Assembly: GCA_942493025.1 (NCBI GenBank)
Contig: OW818663.1
Span: 2,258-66,257 of the forward strand
Reading direction: 5' to 3'
Length of the DNA: 64,000 nucleotides
Origin: Paludibacteraceae bacterium
Lineage (GTDB): Bacteria > Bacteroidota > Bacteroidia > Bacteroidales > Paludibacteraceae
Both the position numbers and the translations under genes were made by a program. The notes beneath the pieces are model-generated. The model worked only from the letters and a program-made list of their open reading frames with translations. It ran no database searches and had not been told where the DNA came from. Positions 1 through 13,019 of this stretch are shown here, piece by piece (the stretch's first letter is position 1; each line of letters starts with the position of its first letter).

Positions 1-148
<148 letters not shown>

Positions 149-169
149 CTGGAGCGATGTTATCCTTGT

Positions 170-194
170 ACCCCTAAATCCCCTAAAAGGGACT
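170..194 (+). repeat. CCCCT-AAGGG palindromic repeat, copy 1 (in 16S-23S ITS)
   Basis: ACCCCTAAATCCCCTAAAAGGGACT matches copies at 11036, 11130, 19957, 20059 and 27279. Confidence 0.7.
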
Positions 195-283
195 TAAAGA
201 GGTACGATTTATTTTAAAAAAGTGGTATGTAAAGGAATGGAAATTCCGAGTACTACATTATGTTGTTTATGATATAAAATACA

Positions 284-380
284 GTAACAAGTTGACAGTT
301 GACAATGAACAGTTGACAATAAACAGTTACACAACAGTGAAAAGCAAGCTGATAACTGATAACTGACGACTGATAACTGA
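284..380 (+). repeat. Heptamer tandem repeats (GTTGACA / TGAACAG / CTGATAA) in ITS
   Basis: gttgacagttgacaatgaacagttgacaataaacagtt and ctgataactgataactgacgactgataactga read directly. Confidence 0.85.
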
Positions 381-385
381 AATTC

Positions 386-459
386 AGTCCTATAGCTCAG
401 TTGGTTAGAGCGCTACACTGATAATGTAGAGGTCGGCAGTTCAACTCTGCCTGGGACTA
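386..459 (+). tRNA. tRNA-Ile (GAT)
   Basis: Acceptor stem AGTCCTA/TGGGACT, anticodon arm CTACA-CTGATAA-TGTAG, TTCAA T-loop; usual ITS position. Confidence 0.98.
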
Positions 460-460
460 C

Positions 461-522
461 AAGAAAAGTGATAAACGATTAGTGATAAACGATTAATCAC
501 TAATCACTGAACACTAATCATT
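461..522 (+). repeat. Direct/inverted short repeats between the tRNAs
   Basis: AGTGATAAACGATT twice, followed by (T)AATCACT units; ATTAGTGAT...ATCACTAAT forms a hairpin. Confidence 0.7.
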
Positions 523-528
523 AAATTC

Positions 529-603
529 GGGGGATTAGCTCAGTTGGCTTAGAGCACCTGCCTTGCACGCAGGGGGTCATCGGTTCGAGCCCGATATTCT
601 CCA
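529..603 (+). tRNA. tRNA-Ala (TGC)
   Basis: GGGGGAT...ATTCTCCA acceptor stem with G3:U70, anticodon loop CTTGCAC, GTTCGAG T-loop. Confidence 0.98.
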
Positions 604-890
604 CAAAAATCGACCAGCGGGTTGTTTTTTTTTGAAGAATAAATAAATTACATAAGATTTGATAGCCTTGAAACGCTGTAAATCAACACATTTAAATGCC
701 TGTGTCGTGAGACATACGCCCAGAGTATTCAAGATATGAATTCTGAATATGAAGGTAAGCATTAAATAGAGATCTTTGACATATTGGAAAGAGAGAAAAG
801 TAAAGTAGTAAAAGCAATGCTATACGATAGAGTAAGCATTGTGGATTTTGTAATCAGTTTCGATTGATTATAAAACGAGCAAAAAAGAAT

Positions 891-3783
<2,893 letters not shown>

Positions 3784-3904
3784 TTGTACCTTATGGTATT
3801 GTAATGCTGAAACGAAATGTTTTTCTCTCTTTTTCCGATTGTCTTATTAAACCTATAAGATAGTTTTAAATTGTCAACTGTCAATTATGAACTGTCAACA
3901 GAAC

Positions 3905-4013
<109 letters not shown>

Positions 4014-4017
4014 TTTT

Positions 4018-4055
4018 AAAGCCCCGATTACTGAAAAGTAGTTGGGGCTTTTTTT
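4018..4055 (+). terminator. rrn rho-independent terminator (copies at about 4186-4223 and 4362-4401)
   Basis: GCCCCGATTAC-TGAAAA-GTAGTTGGGGC followed by T7. Confidence 0.9.
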
Positions 4056-4452
4056 GTGCCTGAATGTGGGGGAATGGAAAATGGGAATTGGGAATTGGGA
4101 ATTGGAGCCATAAGTAGATTTTTGCCATCCATGGAGATGACACTTCCTTCAGCAGACGGAGGGAGAGTAGATAGCCGCCGTTTTTAAAGCCCCGATTACT
4201 GAAAAGTAGTTGGGGCTTTTTTTGTACCTGAAAGTGGGGGAATTGGGAAATGGGAAATGGGAATTAGAATGGAACATGAAACCATAAGTAGATTTTTGCC
4301 ATTCATGGTGATGGTACTTCCGTCAGCAGACGGAGGGAGAGTAGATAACCGCCGTTTTTGTGAGAGTTCTGATTGCAGAAAAGTAGTTGGGACTTTTTTT
4401 TGTCCGAATGTGGGGAAATGGAAAATGAAGCGATATTCATTTTATAAAAACG

Positions 4453-4487
4453 AAAACCCTCTACGGCATTGTGCTGTAGAGGGTTTG
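4453..4487. terminator. Bidirectional terminator between rrn and nitroreductase
   Basis: AAAACCCTCTACGGC-ATTGT-GCTGTAGAGGGTTT. Confidence 0.8.
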
Positions 4488-4510
4488 CTTTGATGGAAAG
4501 TTTGGACTGA

Positions 4511-5254
4511 CTATTTTAGAAACCCTTGTTCTTTGAGTGCCAAAAGAAATTTATCTGAGAAGAATTCATTGTTTTTACGAGTATAACGTATGTCTGTAAA
4601 GACTTGCGCTAATGTTTCTTTCTTGTTTTCAGCAATAAATTGTTTGTAGAACTCACTGTTCTCCTTCTCAGCATAGAGTTCATCAATCTCTTCGCTGCTA
4701 AATTCGCTATATGTTTCATAATGTACAACTGATTTTAATGGTAATCGATCAGTTTGTTCGGGATTTCCATCAGGATAGCCAACTGTAATTGTTGTTATTG
4801 GAACTACTAGTTTGGGTAATTTAAGTGTGCTGATAATTTCTTGAGCATTGTAAGTTGTAGTGCCCAGATAGCAAATTCCCAAACCTGCACTTTCAGCAGC
4901 TACGCAGAAAGTTTGAGCTGCAAGTAATGTGTCGATAGCAGACGAGATAAATGATTGAAAATTATCGTATCCCGGTTCAGCCTGCCGTTGTTCACACCAT
5001 TGCGTAACTCGGTTAAAATCGGCACAAAAGGTAAGTACAACCGGAGCTTGTGTTATCATTGGCTGATTAAAATGTGCTGGCGCAAGTTCTTTTTTTATCG
5101 TTTCGTCAGTCGTAACCACAATGCTGTAAGCCTGCATGTTTCCCGTGTTTGATGTTCTACAAGTGGCTTCGAGAAGTTGATTTAATAACTCTGTCGATAT
5201 GGTTTTGTCGGTATATTTCCGAACTGTACGATGTTGATTAAGTAGATTGAGCAT
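4511..5254 (-). CDS. Nitroreductase family protein (NfrA/Frp-like flavin oxidoreductase)
   Basis: N-terminal HRTVRKY, SNTGNMQAY, GLGICYLGT, ITVGYP and TDRLP motifs. Confidence 0.9.
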   Translation of the reverse strand: MLNLLNQHRTVRKYTDKTISTELLNQLLEATCRTSNTGNMQAYSIVVTTDETIKKELAPAHFNQPMITQAPVVLTFCADFNRVTQWCEQRQAEPGYDNFQSFISSAIDTLLAAQTFCVAAESAGLGICYLGTTTYNAQEIISTLKLPKLVVPITTITVGYPDGNPEQTDRLPLKSVVHYETYSEFSSEEIDELYAEKENSEFYKQFIAENKKETLAQVFTDIRYTRKNNEFFSDKFLLALKEQGFLK

Positions 5255-5299
5255 GATGTGAGTGAATGGTGTGTAATCGATTGAATTGTTTTTACACTA

Positions 5300-5307
5300 C
5301 AAAGATA
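5300..5307 (-). promoter_or_regulatory. Bacteroidetes -7 promoter element (TATCTTTG) for nitroreductase
   Basis: Matches TAnnTTTG about 45 bp upstream of the start codon. Confidence 0.6.
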
Positions 5308-5337
5308 CTGTTTTTGATTTCGAACTGCAAGTATATT

Positions 5338-5381
5338 AAAAAGGAGAAAACTCTGCGGTGAGCATTGAGTTTTCTCCTTTT
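5338..5381 (-). terminator. Terminator after gdhA
   Basis: AAAAAGGAGAAAACTC...GAGTTTTCTCCTTTT hairpin. Confidence 0.75.
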
Positions 5382-5415
5382 ATAATTATTACAGATGAAT
5401 TAAATGGCACATCGA

Positions 5416-6750
5416 TTAGAGTACGCCTTGTGCTAACATTGCTTTTGCAACTTTTAAGAATCCGGCCACGTTAGCACCTTTCATGTAATTAATATAGCCA
5501 TCGCTTTCGCGACCATATTTTACACATTGAGCATGGATCTCGCTCATGATTTGGTGCAATTTAGCATCCACTTCTTCAGCTGTCCAGGTTAAGTGCATCG
5601 CATTTTGCGACATTTCCAGCCCTGAAGTTGCTACACCACCCGCATTTACTGCTTTTCCCGGCCCATACATGATTTTATGTTGAAGCAATAATTCTATGGC
5701 CTCTGGTGTACAGCCCATATTCGAAATTTCACCAACACAAATAACCCCGTTTTCTACGAGAACCCGTGCGTCGTCTTCGTTCAGTTCGTTTTGAGTGGCA
5801 CAAGGAAGTGCAATGTCTACTTTTAATTCCCATGGGCGACGGTTGGCAACGAATTTAGCTCTGAACTTTTCGGCGTAGGGCTCAACAATATCGTTACAAG
5901 TGGCACGTAATTCGAGCATATATTCAATTTTCTCTCCGGCGATACCATTTTCATCATAAATATAACCATCAGGACCGGAGATGGAAACTACTTTTGCACC
6001 CATTTCGGTGGCTTTTTGAGCTGCTCCCCAGGCTACATTCCCAAATCCGGACAGAGCTATGGTTTTTCCCTGAATACTCATTCCTGCAGTTTCAAGCATT
6101 TGCTTTACAAAATACAGACCACCAAAGCCGGTAGCCTCGGGTCGAATCAGAGAACCACCGAATTCCAGGTTTTTTCCGGTAAGTACACCGGTATTTACTC
6201 TTGCCAATTTGCGGTACATCCCGTATAAATATCCAATTTCGCGTCCGCCCACTCCTATATCCCCGGCAGGCACATCGGTATCAGGACCAATATGTTGCCA
6301 AAGTTCAATCATAAATGCCTGACAGAAGCGCATTACTTCAGCATCCGATTTTCCTTTAGGATTGAAGTCTGAACCACCTTTAGCTCCACCCATAGGCAAA
6401 GTAGTAAGTGCATTTTTGAATATTTGTTCGAAGCCCAGAAACTTTAGAATAGATAAGTTTACTGAAGGGTGAAAGCGCAAGCCTCCCTTGTAGGGCCCTA
6501 TTGCATTGTTGAATTGAATTCTGTAGCCAATATTGATTTGAACATCGCCTCTGTCATCTACCCACGGAATCTTGAATGTGAAAATACGATCCGGCTCAAC
6601 TAATCGTTCAGCTATTTTTGCCTTTTCAAATTCAGGATGATCGTTGTACACGTTTTCTATTGTACTCAATACTTCCTTAACGGCTTGTAAATACTCTGTT
6701 TCGCCCGGGTGTTTTGCCTCAAGCGATTGCATTAGTTTCTCGATGTTCAT
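5416..6750 (-). CDS. gdhA: NAD(P)-specific glutamate dehydrogenase
   Basis: GPYKGGLRFHP, LPMGGAKGGSDF, DVPAGDIGVG, RPEATG, GFGNVA, KAVNAGGV motifs. Confidence 0.97.
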   Translation of the reverse strand: MNIEKLMQSLEAKHPGETEYLQAVKEVLSTIENVYNDHPEFEKAKIAERLVEPDRIFTFKIPWVDDRGDVQINIGYRIQFNNAIGPYKGGLRFHPSVNLSILKFLGFEQIFKNALTTLPMGGAKGGSDFNPKGKSDAEVMRFCQAFMIELWQHIGPDTDVPAGDIGVGGREIGYLYGMYRKLARVNTGVLTGKNLEFGGSLIRPEATGFGGLYFVKQMLETAGMSIQGKTIALSGFGNVAWGAAQKATEMGAKVVSISGPDGYIYDENGIAGEKIEYMLELRATCNDIVEPYAEKFRAKFVANRRPWELKVDIALPCATQNELNEDDARVLVENGVICVGEISNMGCTPEAIELLLQHKIMYGPGKAVNAGGVATSGLEMSQNAMHLTWTAEEVDAKLHQIMSEIHAQCVKYGRESDGYINYMKGANVAGFLKVAKAMLAQGVL

Positions 6751-7094
6751 ACCAGTCTGATTTTTTGTAAAATAATTATATTTGATGTGATGGTCAGTTT
6801 CTGTTGAAATTAATTTTACTTTCTTTTGATGTTAAAAATGGCTATATACAGATCATAATAATACTCATTGTTCTTAATTTAGCTAATTGTGGGCTTAAGA
6901 TGCTGTCTAAATGATAATTGGCTCTTTGAAGAATGCTATTTAAATTTCACTGCAAGTTTAGATATTTTATTTGTAACAGTCAAACAATTTGACTTGTTTT
7001 TTAGCAAAATTTTAAGTTCGCATAATTTCAAAAATCTTAATTTGATTTTCTGTTATTAAATTATAAGGTTTTCGGCTTGCCCAATAAATTTTTG

Positions 7095-7102
7095 TATCTT
7101 TG
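7095..7102 (+). promoter_or_regulatory. -7 element (TATCTTTG) for porin operon
   Basis: TAnnTTTG consensus in AT-rich intergenic region. Confidence 0.55.
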
Positions 7103-7286
7103 CGCTTGTGCATAAACACACATTATTTTGCATTTGTGCTGATTGTTTTTGAAGTTGTTTTATAAATAAAGGCCTGAAATACTGTTTGTTCTTTGTTGTC
7201 GAAAAAAATAATGCTTATGCTATTGCAATGCAGGACGCTGAGATTATTTCAACCTGATTTGTTTATTGTTCCTAATATATTTTTGT

Positions 7287-9170
7287 GTGAAGAAGTTTAT
7301 TTTTTGTATTCAGTTTATATTGTTTTCCAACATTCTTTTTGCTCAAACCGAGCAGGTAAATCAATATGTGAAAACCTGGAGGATTTCGGAACAGTTTGCG
7401 AAAGTCGATTCTTTTCATGTTGATACACTCCATCTTAATTATCAAGATGCTAACCCGATTGATCGATTTAGTATTGCCAATTCATACAATGGAAATTTGG
7501 GTTCACCCATACAATCAAAATTGTATTTTAGCAGACCGGAAGTAAATGATTTTATTTTTTCGAATGCTTATTTTCCTTATTTGATGAATGTTCAGAATGC
7601 AACATTTTATAATACCAAATCTCCATTTAGCAATTTGAATTATACTTCAGGGGGAACAACTTACAGAAAAGAAGATAATATCAAATTCTTATTCACCGTT
7701 AATACGAACAAGAAATTTAATTTTGGTACAACACTGGACTATATTTATGCCAGAGGTGAGTATGATAATCAGGCAGTAACTAAGTTTTCGGGTTCTTTGT
7801 TTGGTAGTTATAACGGCAAGCATTATACAGCTTATGGATTGGCCTCTACAAATAGCTTAAGTAATTTTGAAAATGGCGGGCTGAAAGATGTTACAAATGG
7901 AATCAACCCGGAGAATGTGGCTACTATGATTATTCCGGTAAATATGGAGGGATATTCCAAATTTAAACAAAAACAGATTTATTATAATCATCAGTATACC
8001 ATTGGAATTGAACGGGCTAAGCGGGTAAGTAAAGATTCTGTACGGATGGATTATGTGCCGGTAACCCGCTTTGCTCATACTTTTAAGTATGACGATGTGC
8101 GGAAACGATATTATGAGAATACGGTAATTAATGATACAACTATCTACAAAAAGACGTATTTCGACAAACTAATTCATACAAACGACACTTCTGCTTTAAG
8201 GACATTTAAAAATAATTTTTCCATAAGCATGGAAGAGGAGTTTAATAAATGGATGAACTTCGGGCTGACTGCTTTTGTAGAAAATGAAATGCAGAAATAT
8301 ACTTTTAATAGAGATACTTTGGTAAATAGTGTCTCTAAATCAACAACTAAAGTGGGTGGGATTCTCTCCAAAGAACGAGGTCAACGGTTTAGATACAATG
8401 TGCTTGGTGAATTGAGCTTAATTGGGTATAAAGCCGGTGATTTTAGAATTGAAGGCACAATGGGTGGTTTTTTTAAACTGTGGAATGATAGTATTTCGCT
8501 GGTTGCCAGTGGGTTTATGAGAAGTGATAAGCCTTCATTTTTCTTAGAATCTTATAATTCAAATCATTTTAGATGGGAGAATCATTTTGCCAGTACCTAT
8601 CGTACTCATATCGGTGGTACTTTCTCCATTCCTACGCGTTCATTGTCTTTAAATGTTGGTGTTGAGAATATAACTCAACTGATCTATTTCAATTCGAAAG
8701 GTTTACCGGATCAGCATTCGGGTAATGTGCAGGTCATAGCTTTGAATTTAAAACAAGACTTTCATGTAGGAAAGTTTACGCTCGAAAATAATATTGTGTA
8801 TCAGTTAAGTTCTCAGGCTGACGTTTTGCCTTTACCAACTTTGGCACTTTATCATAATTTGTATTATAATGATAAATGGTTTAATGTGTTGAGTATGCAA
8901 TTGGGTGCAAGTGTACGTTATAACACAGCCTATTACGCACCGAAGTATATGCCTGCTACTGGTCAGTTTTATACGCAGTCGGATGTGAAAATAGGCAATT
9001 TCCCAGTTGTAAATGTATATTTAAATTTTCATTTAAAACGTACTCGCGTTTTTGTTGAGTATTATCATTTAAATCAGAAATTTATGAAAACAGCCTATTT
9101 TTCGATGCCTAACTACCCAATAGACCCTGCTATTCTTAAAACGGGTGTATCCTGGAATTTTTATGATTAA
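7287..9170 (+). CDS. Putative outer-membrane beta-barrel porin (Bacteroidetes putative porin family); likely GTG start at 7287
   Basis: Signal peptide MKKFIFCIQFILFSNILFA, alternating beta-strand pattern, C-terminal GVSWNFYD. Confidence 0.8.
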   Translation: MKKFIFCIQFILFSNILFAQTEQVNQYVKTWRISEQFAKVDSFHVDTLHLNYQDANPIDRFSIANSYNGNLGSPIQSKLYFSRPEVNDFIFSNAYFPYLMNVQNATFYNTKSPFSNLNYTSGGTTYRKEDNIKFLFTVNTNKKFNFGTTLDYIYARGEYDNQAVTKFSGSLFGSYNGKHYTAYGLASTNSLSNFENGGLKDVTNGINPENVATMIIPVNMEGYSKFKQKQIYYNHQYTIGIERAKRVSKDSVRMDYVPVTRFAHTFKYDDVRKRYYENTVINDTTIYKKTYFDKLIHTNDTSALRTFKNNFSISMEEEFNKWMNFGLTAFVENEMQKYTFNRDTLVNSVSKSTTKVGGILSKERGQRFRYNVLGELSLIGYKAGDFRIEGTMGGFFKLWNDSISLVASGFMRSDKPSFFLESYNSNHFRWENHFASTYRTHIGGTFSIPTRSLSLNVGVENITQLIYFNSKGLPDQHSGNVQVIALNLKQDFHVGKFTLENNIVYQLSSQADVLPLPTLALYHNLYYNDKWFNVLSMQLGASVRYNTAYYAPKYMPATGQFYTQSDVKIGNFPVVNVYLNFHLKRTRVFVEYYHLNQKFMKTAYFSMPNYPIDPAILKTGVSWNFYD

Positions 9171-9246
9171 ATGATTGATTCTTATATTTTTTTAGTCGTT
9201 TGATGAATGATTCAACAGAACTAGATTGATTTTTTATAATTTAGAA

Positions 9247-10053
9247 ATGAATAAAAAACTAAAAACAGGAATTTCGATTGGTACGCTAATCCTGCTTATC
9301 TGTATCTTTTTTCTTTTTAAACATGTGCGGCAACAAAAACATGATTTAAAAGGGATTGTTGAATCGGGCAGGCTTACTGTGGTGACTGAAGGTAGTAGTT
9401 CCGGACTATTAGTAAATGGAGATACAGTTTCAGGTTTTCAGTACGAAATAATCAAGGCTTTTGCCGATACGCTTGGAGTGGAGTTGGTAGTTACCGAACA
9501 AAACGACATGAAAAAATGTGTTGAAGGACTCGAAAATGGTGATTATGACTTGATAGCCAATTTTATTCCTACCACCACACAATGGAAAAATGAGCTGCTT
9601 TATTCCGATCCGATATTTACATCCCACCAGGTGTTGGTTCAGCATTTGATTTCGGATTCGAGTGGCGTAAATATACTCACTAAGCAAACTCAGTTAGCTA
9701 ATGATACCATTTATATTCCGCTCAATTCTCCGAATAAAATTCTGTTGGAACATTTATCGGATGATATAGCAGCTCCGATTCATATCATCGAAATGAAAAA
9801 TATGAATGCCGAAAGGCTTATCCGTTTGGTGACCGAAGGAAAAATAAAGAATACGATTTGTGAGGTTCAATTGGCCGAGCGATTCAAAAACCAGTATGGA
9901 AATATTGATATCGCAATGCCGATAAGTTTTGCTCAACAACAGGTTTGGGCTGTACCCATCAAATCAGTCCAATTGCTCGAGAAATTGAATGCTTTTTTGT
10001 ACGATTTTGTAGGAAGCTCAGACTATTGGAAAATTTACAGTAAATATTATTAA
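9247..10053 (+). CDS. Substrate-binding-domain protein (family 3, MltF N-terminal-like, no SLT domain)
   Basis: N-terminal TM anchor, DLKGIVESGRLTVVT, SGFQYEIIKAFADTLGVELVV. Confidence 0.75.
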   Translation: MNKKLKTGISIGTLILLICIFFLFKHVRQQKHDLKGIVESGRLTVVTEGSSSGLLVNGDTVSGFQYEIIKAFADTLGVELVVTEQNDMKKCVEGLENGDYDLIANFIPTTTQWKNELLYSDPIFTSHQVLVQHLISDSSGVNILTKQTQLANDTIYIPLNSPNKILLEHLSDDIAAPIHIIEMKNMNAERLIRLVTEGKIKNTICEVQLAERFKNQYGNIDIAMPISFAQQQVWAVPIKSVQLLEKLNAFLYDFVGSSDYWKIYSKYY

Positions 10054-10117
10054 TGTATCGTTGGCATGAAACGCTTGTTTCAATTGATGATTGCCAATGA
10101 ACTCAACAGACTAAATT

Positions 10118-11035
10118 ATGCCTCTAAATATACCATTCACATTGCCGGCAGTAGATGTTCTTCGTGAAGAGAATATTTTTGTAATGGACTCAGAACGTGC
10201 TTCGAGTCAGGAAATTCGTCCGCTTAAAATTGTGATATTGAACTTGATGCCGGTGAAAATAACCACCGAAACTGATTTGATTCGCTTACTCTCAAACTCG
10301 CCTTTGCAAATTGAAATTGATTTTCTGCACATGGAAAGTCATACTTCAAAGAATACACCTATTGAGCATTTGATGACTTTTTATAAGAGTTTTGATGAAA
10401 TTAAGGAGAGTAACTATGATGGTATGATTATTACCGGTGCCCCGGTGGAATTACTCGAATTTGAGGAAGTAAATTATTGGTCGGAAATAACAACCATTTT
10501 TGATTGGGCTAAAACGCATGTTACCTCAACTCTGTTTATCTGTTGGGCTGCACAGGCGGGATTGTACCATCATTACGGCATTAATAAATATCCACTCAAC
10601 GCAAAGATGTTTGGCGTTTTTGAACATATGAAGTTTGAAAAGCATAATCCTATTTTCCGCGGTTTTGACGATGTGTTTTACGTACCCCATAGTCGTCATA
10701 CCGAAGTGCGTGCAGAAGATATTCGCCGTGTGCCGGAATTGACTTTGCTGTCCGAATCGCCCGAGGCTGGGGTCTATCTTGTAATGGCGCGCAACGGTCG
10801 TGAGTTCTTTGTTACAGGGCACTCCGAGTATTCGCCGGATACTTTGAATACCGAATACAAGCGTGATGTCGCAAAAGGATTGGATATCAATTTACCTCAA
10901 AATTATTATCTGAATGATGACCCGAACAATGAGCCGCTTGTTCGTTGGCGCAGTCATGCCAATCTAATGTTCACCAACTGGTTGAACTACTTTGTATATC
11001 AGGAAACTCCATACGATTTAACGAAGATTCACTAA
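10118..11035 (+). CDS. metA: Homoserine O-acyltransferase MetA (predicted acetyl-specific)
   Basis: ILNLMP, ITGAPVE (Glu111), ICWAAQA (Cys142), GHSEY, WRSHA. Confidence 0.95.
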   Translation: MPLNIPFTLPAVDVLREENIFVMDSERASSQEIRPLKIVILNLMPVKITTETDLIRLLSNSPLQIEIDFLHMESHTSKNTPIEHLMTFYKSFDEIKESNYDGMIITGAPVELLEFEEVNYWSEITTIFDWAKTHVTSTLFICWAAQAGLYHHYGINKYPLNAKMFGVFEHMKFEKHNPIFRGFDDVFYVPHSRHTEVRAEDIRRVPELTLLSESPEAGVYLVMARNGREFFVTGHSEYSPDTLNTEYKRDVAKGLDINLPQNYYLNDDPNNEPLVRWRSHANLMFTNWLNYFVYQETPYDLTKIH

Positions 11036-11159
11036 ACCCCTAGCCCCTGAAGGGGAACTAAGTATGTGTTATTAATAACACATAATAATAAAAATGAAAT
11101 CAAAAAATACAACAGACAATACTAATTTAATTCCCCTTCAGAGGTTAGGGGTTAGGGGT
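11036..11159. repeat. Inverted pair of CCCCT-AAGGGG repeats enclosing a perfect 22-bp palindrome and the U32 start codon
   Basis: ACCCCTAGCCCCTGAAGGGGAA (+) and TTCCCCTTCAGAGGTTAGGGGTTAGGGG; TATGTGTTATTAATAACACATA at 11063-11084. Confidence 0.85.
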
Positions 11160-12962
11160 ATCGAACTTCTCTCTCCTGCTAAAAATCTTGAATGTGGTTT
11201 GGCGGCTATTAATCATGGGGCTGACGCCGTGTATATCGGTGCATCTCAGTTTGGAGCGCGCGCTGCAGCCGGAAATTCGATAGAAGATATTAGTACTTTA
11301 GTGCAGTATGCTCATCAATTTCGTGTAAAAGTGCTGGTGGCGTTGAATACAGTGCTGACGGACGATCAATTACCGGATGCTGAAAAGTTGATTTGGGAAA
11401 TTTATAACACCGGAGCCGATGCGTTGATTATTCAGGATATGGGCATTTTGAAACTAAATTTGCCGCCAATAGCACTTCATGCAAGTACGCAAACCGATAA
11501 CCGTACAGTGGAAAAAGTTCGCTTTTTGCAGGATGTTGGTTTTTCGCGTGTGGTGTTGGCTAGGGAGCTTTCGTTGAAACAAATTTCTGAAATTTCTACT
11601 CAAACAAATGTTGAGCTAGAAGCTTTTGTGCACGGTGCTTTGTGTGTGAGTTACAGCGGTCAGTGCTATATGAGTCAGGCTAATTGCGGTCGAAGTGCTA
11701 ACCGGGGTCAATGTGCGCAGTACTGCCGTTTGCCTTATCATTTGGTGGATGCTGATGATAATATGTTGGTGAAAAATAAACATTTGCTTTCATTGAAAGA
11801 TTTAGATCAGTCCGATTCGTTGGACGAGATGATGGAAGCGGGAGTGACTTCGTTTAAAATTGAAGGACGATTGAAAGATGTAGATTATGTAAAAAATATC
11901 ACTTCCTTTTATCGAAAAAAATTAGATGCAATTCTGGAGAACAATCCTCGTTTTCAACGTGCATCGGCAGGAAAAACGACCATCTTATTTGAACCGAATC
12001 CTGAGAAAAGTTTTCGTCGTGGTAATACCGATTATTTTCTGCACGAGCGTAAAGCTAATATTGTCCAGCAAGATACACCCAAATCGTTAGGTGAACCGAT
12101 TGGTAAAGTGACGTATATTGGGCGCAACTTCTTTGAAGTTCAGAATGGAACAGTGTTGAATAATGGTGATGGACTTTGTTTTGTAAATAAGCATGGTGAT
12201 TTGACCGGATTTAGGGTAAATAGAGTCGAACGAAAGCAAATATTTCCGGCGGAGATGCCTAAAATAACGGATGGAGTTATGCTGTACCGTAATCAGGATC
12301 AGGCTTTTGAAAAAATACTGAAGGGTAAAACTTCCGAACGAAAGATTGCGCTCCAGATAGAATTTAAAGAAACTGTTACCGGTTTTTCTATTCAATTAAC
12401 CGACGAAGAAGGAATTTCAAGCATTTTCGAAGTCGAATGCGACAAACAACCTGCTCAAAAGCCGGATGCTGTAAATGATAATATCAAAAATCAGCTTTCT
12501 AAGCTGGGGAATACGATTTATGAGGCTGCTGATATTCTGATTGAAATAAGTTCCCCTTGGTTTTTCCCTGCTTCGCAATTAAGCGAATGGCGTCGATTGG
12601 CTGTGGAGAGACTGGATGAAGTAAAAGCAGCTGCTTATGTTCGTGAATTGAAACACGAAGCGAAGCCGGCAACCTTCGCGACTACGCAATTATCTTATTT
12701 GGGAAATGTAACCAACAAGTTGTCGGAGGAGTTTTATCATGAGCACGGTGTGGAAGATGTACTGCCGGGTTTTGAGGTGAAAGCGGAGGAAGGTGTGCCT
12801 TTGATGTATTGCAAACATTGCATTAAATATAGTATGGGTTGGTGCCCGAAAGAAGGCTATAAAGCTACATTTAAAGAACCCTTGTACCTAAGAAATAATG
12901 ATCAGGTATATCAACTGACTTTTGACTGTAAGGCTTGTGAAATGCGGATATCAAAAGCCTAA
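11094..12962 (+). CDS. rlhA: U32 peptidase family protein with long C-terminal domain (RlhA-like 23S rRNA C2501 hydroxylase)
   Basis: ELLSPA, GADAVYIG, HASTQ, FVHGALCVSYSGQC, SANRGQCAQYCR Fe-S cysteines, FKIEGR; C-terminal LMYCKHC...CP. Confidence 0.75.
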   Translation: MKSKNTTDNTNLIPLQRLGVRGIELLSPAKNLECGLAAINHGADAVYIGASQFGARAAAGNSIEDISTLVQYAHQFRVKVLVALNTVLTDDQLPDAEKLIWEIYNTGADALIIQDMGILKLNLPPIALHASTQTDNRTVEKVRFLQDVGFSRVVLARELSLKQISEISTQTNVELEAFVHGALCVSYSGQCYMSQANCGRSANRGQCAQYCRLPYHLVDADDNMLVKNKHLLSLKDLDQSDSLDEMMEAGVTSFKIEGRLKDVDYVKNITSFYRKKLDAILENNPRFQRASAGKTTILFEPNPEKSFRRGNTDYFLHERKANIVQQDTPKSLGEPIGKVTYIGRNFFEVQNGTVLNNGDGLCFVNKHGDLTGFRVNRVERKQIFPAEMPKITDGVMLYRNQDQAFEKILKGKTSERKIALQIEFKETVTGFSIQLTDEEGISSIFEVECDKQPAQKPDAVNDNIKNQLSKLGNTIYEAADILIEISSPWFFPASQLSEWRRLAVERLDEVKAAAYVRELKHEAKPATFATTQLSYLGNVTNKLSEEFYHEHGVEDVLPGFEVKAEEGVPLMYCKHCIKYSMGWCPKEGYKATFKEPLYLRNNDQVYQLTFDCKACEMRISKA

Positions 12963-13019
12963 ATAATAAAACGAAAATGTGGAATTGAATACCCCACGCT
13001 ACTATTCGATACTTATGTA

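Noticed and set aside
6751-7286. Hidden ncRNA or small ORF in the 535-bp gdhA-porin divergent region
   Set aside because: AT-rich promoter-like DNA with no stable structure or repeat that I could support.
10054-10117. SAM riboswitch upstream of metA
   Set aside because: The intergenic gap is only about 64 bp and I see no SAM-I or SAM-II consensus.
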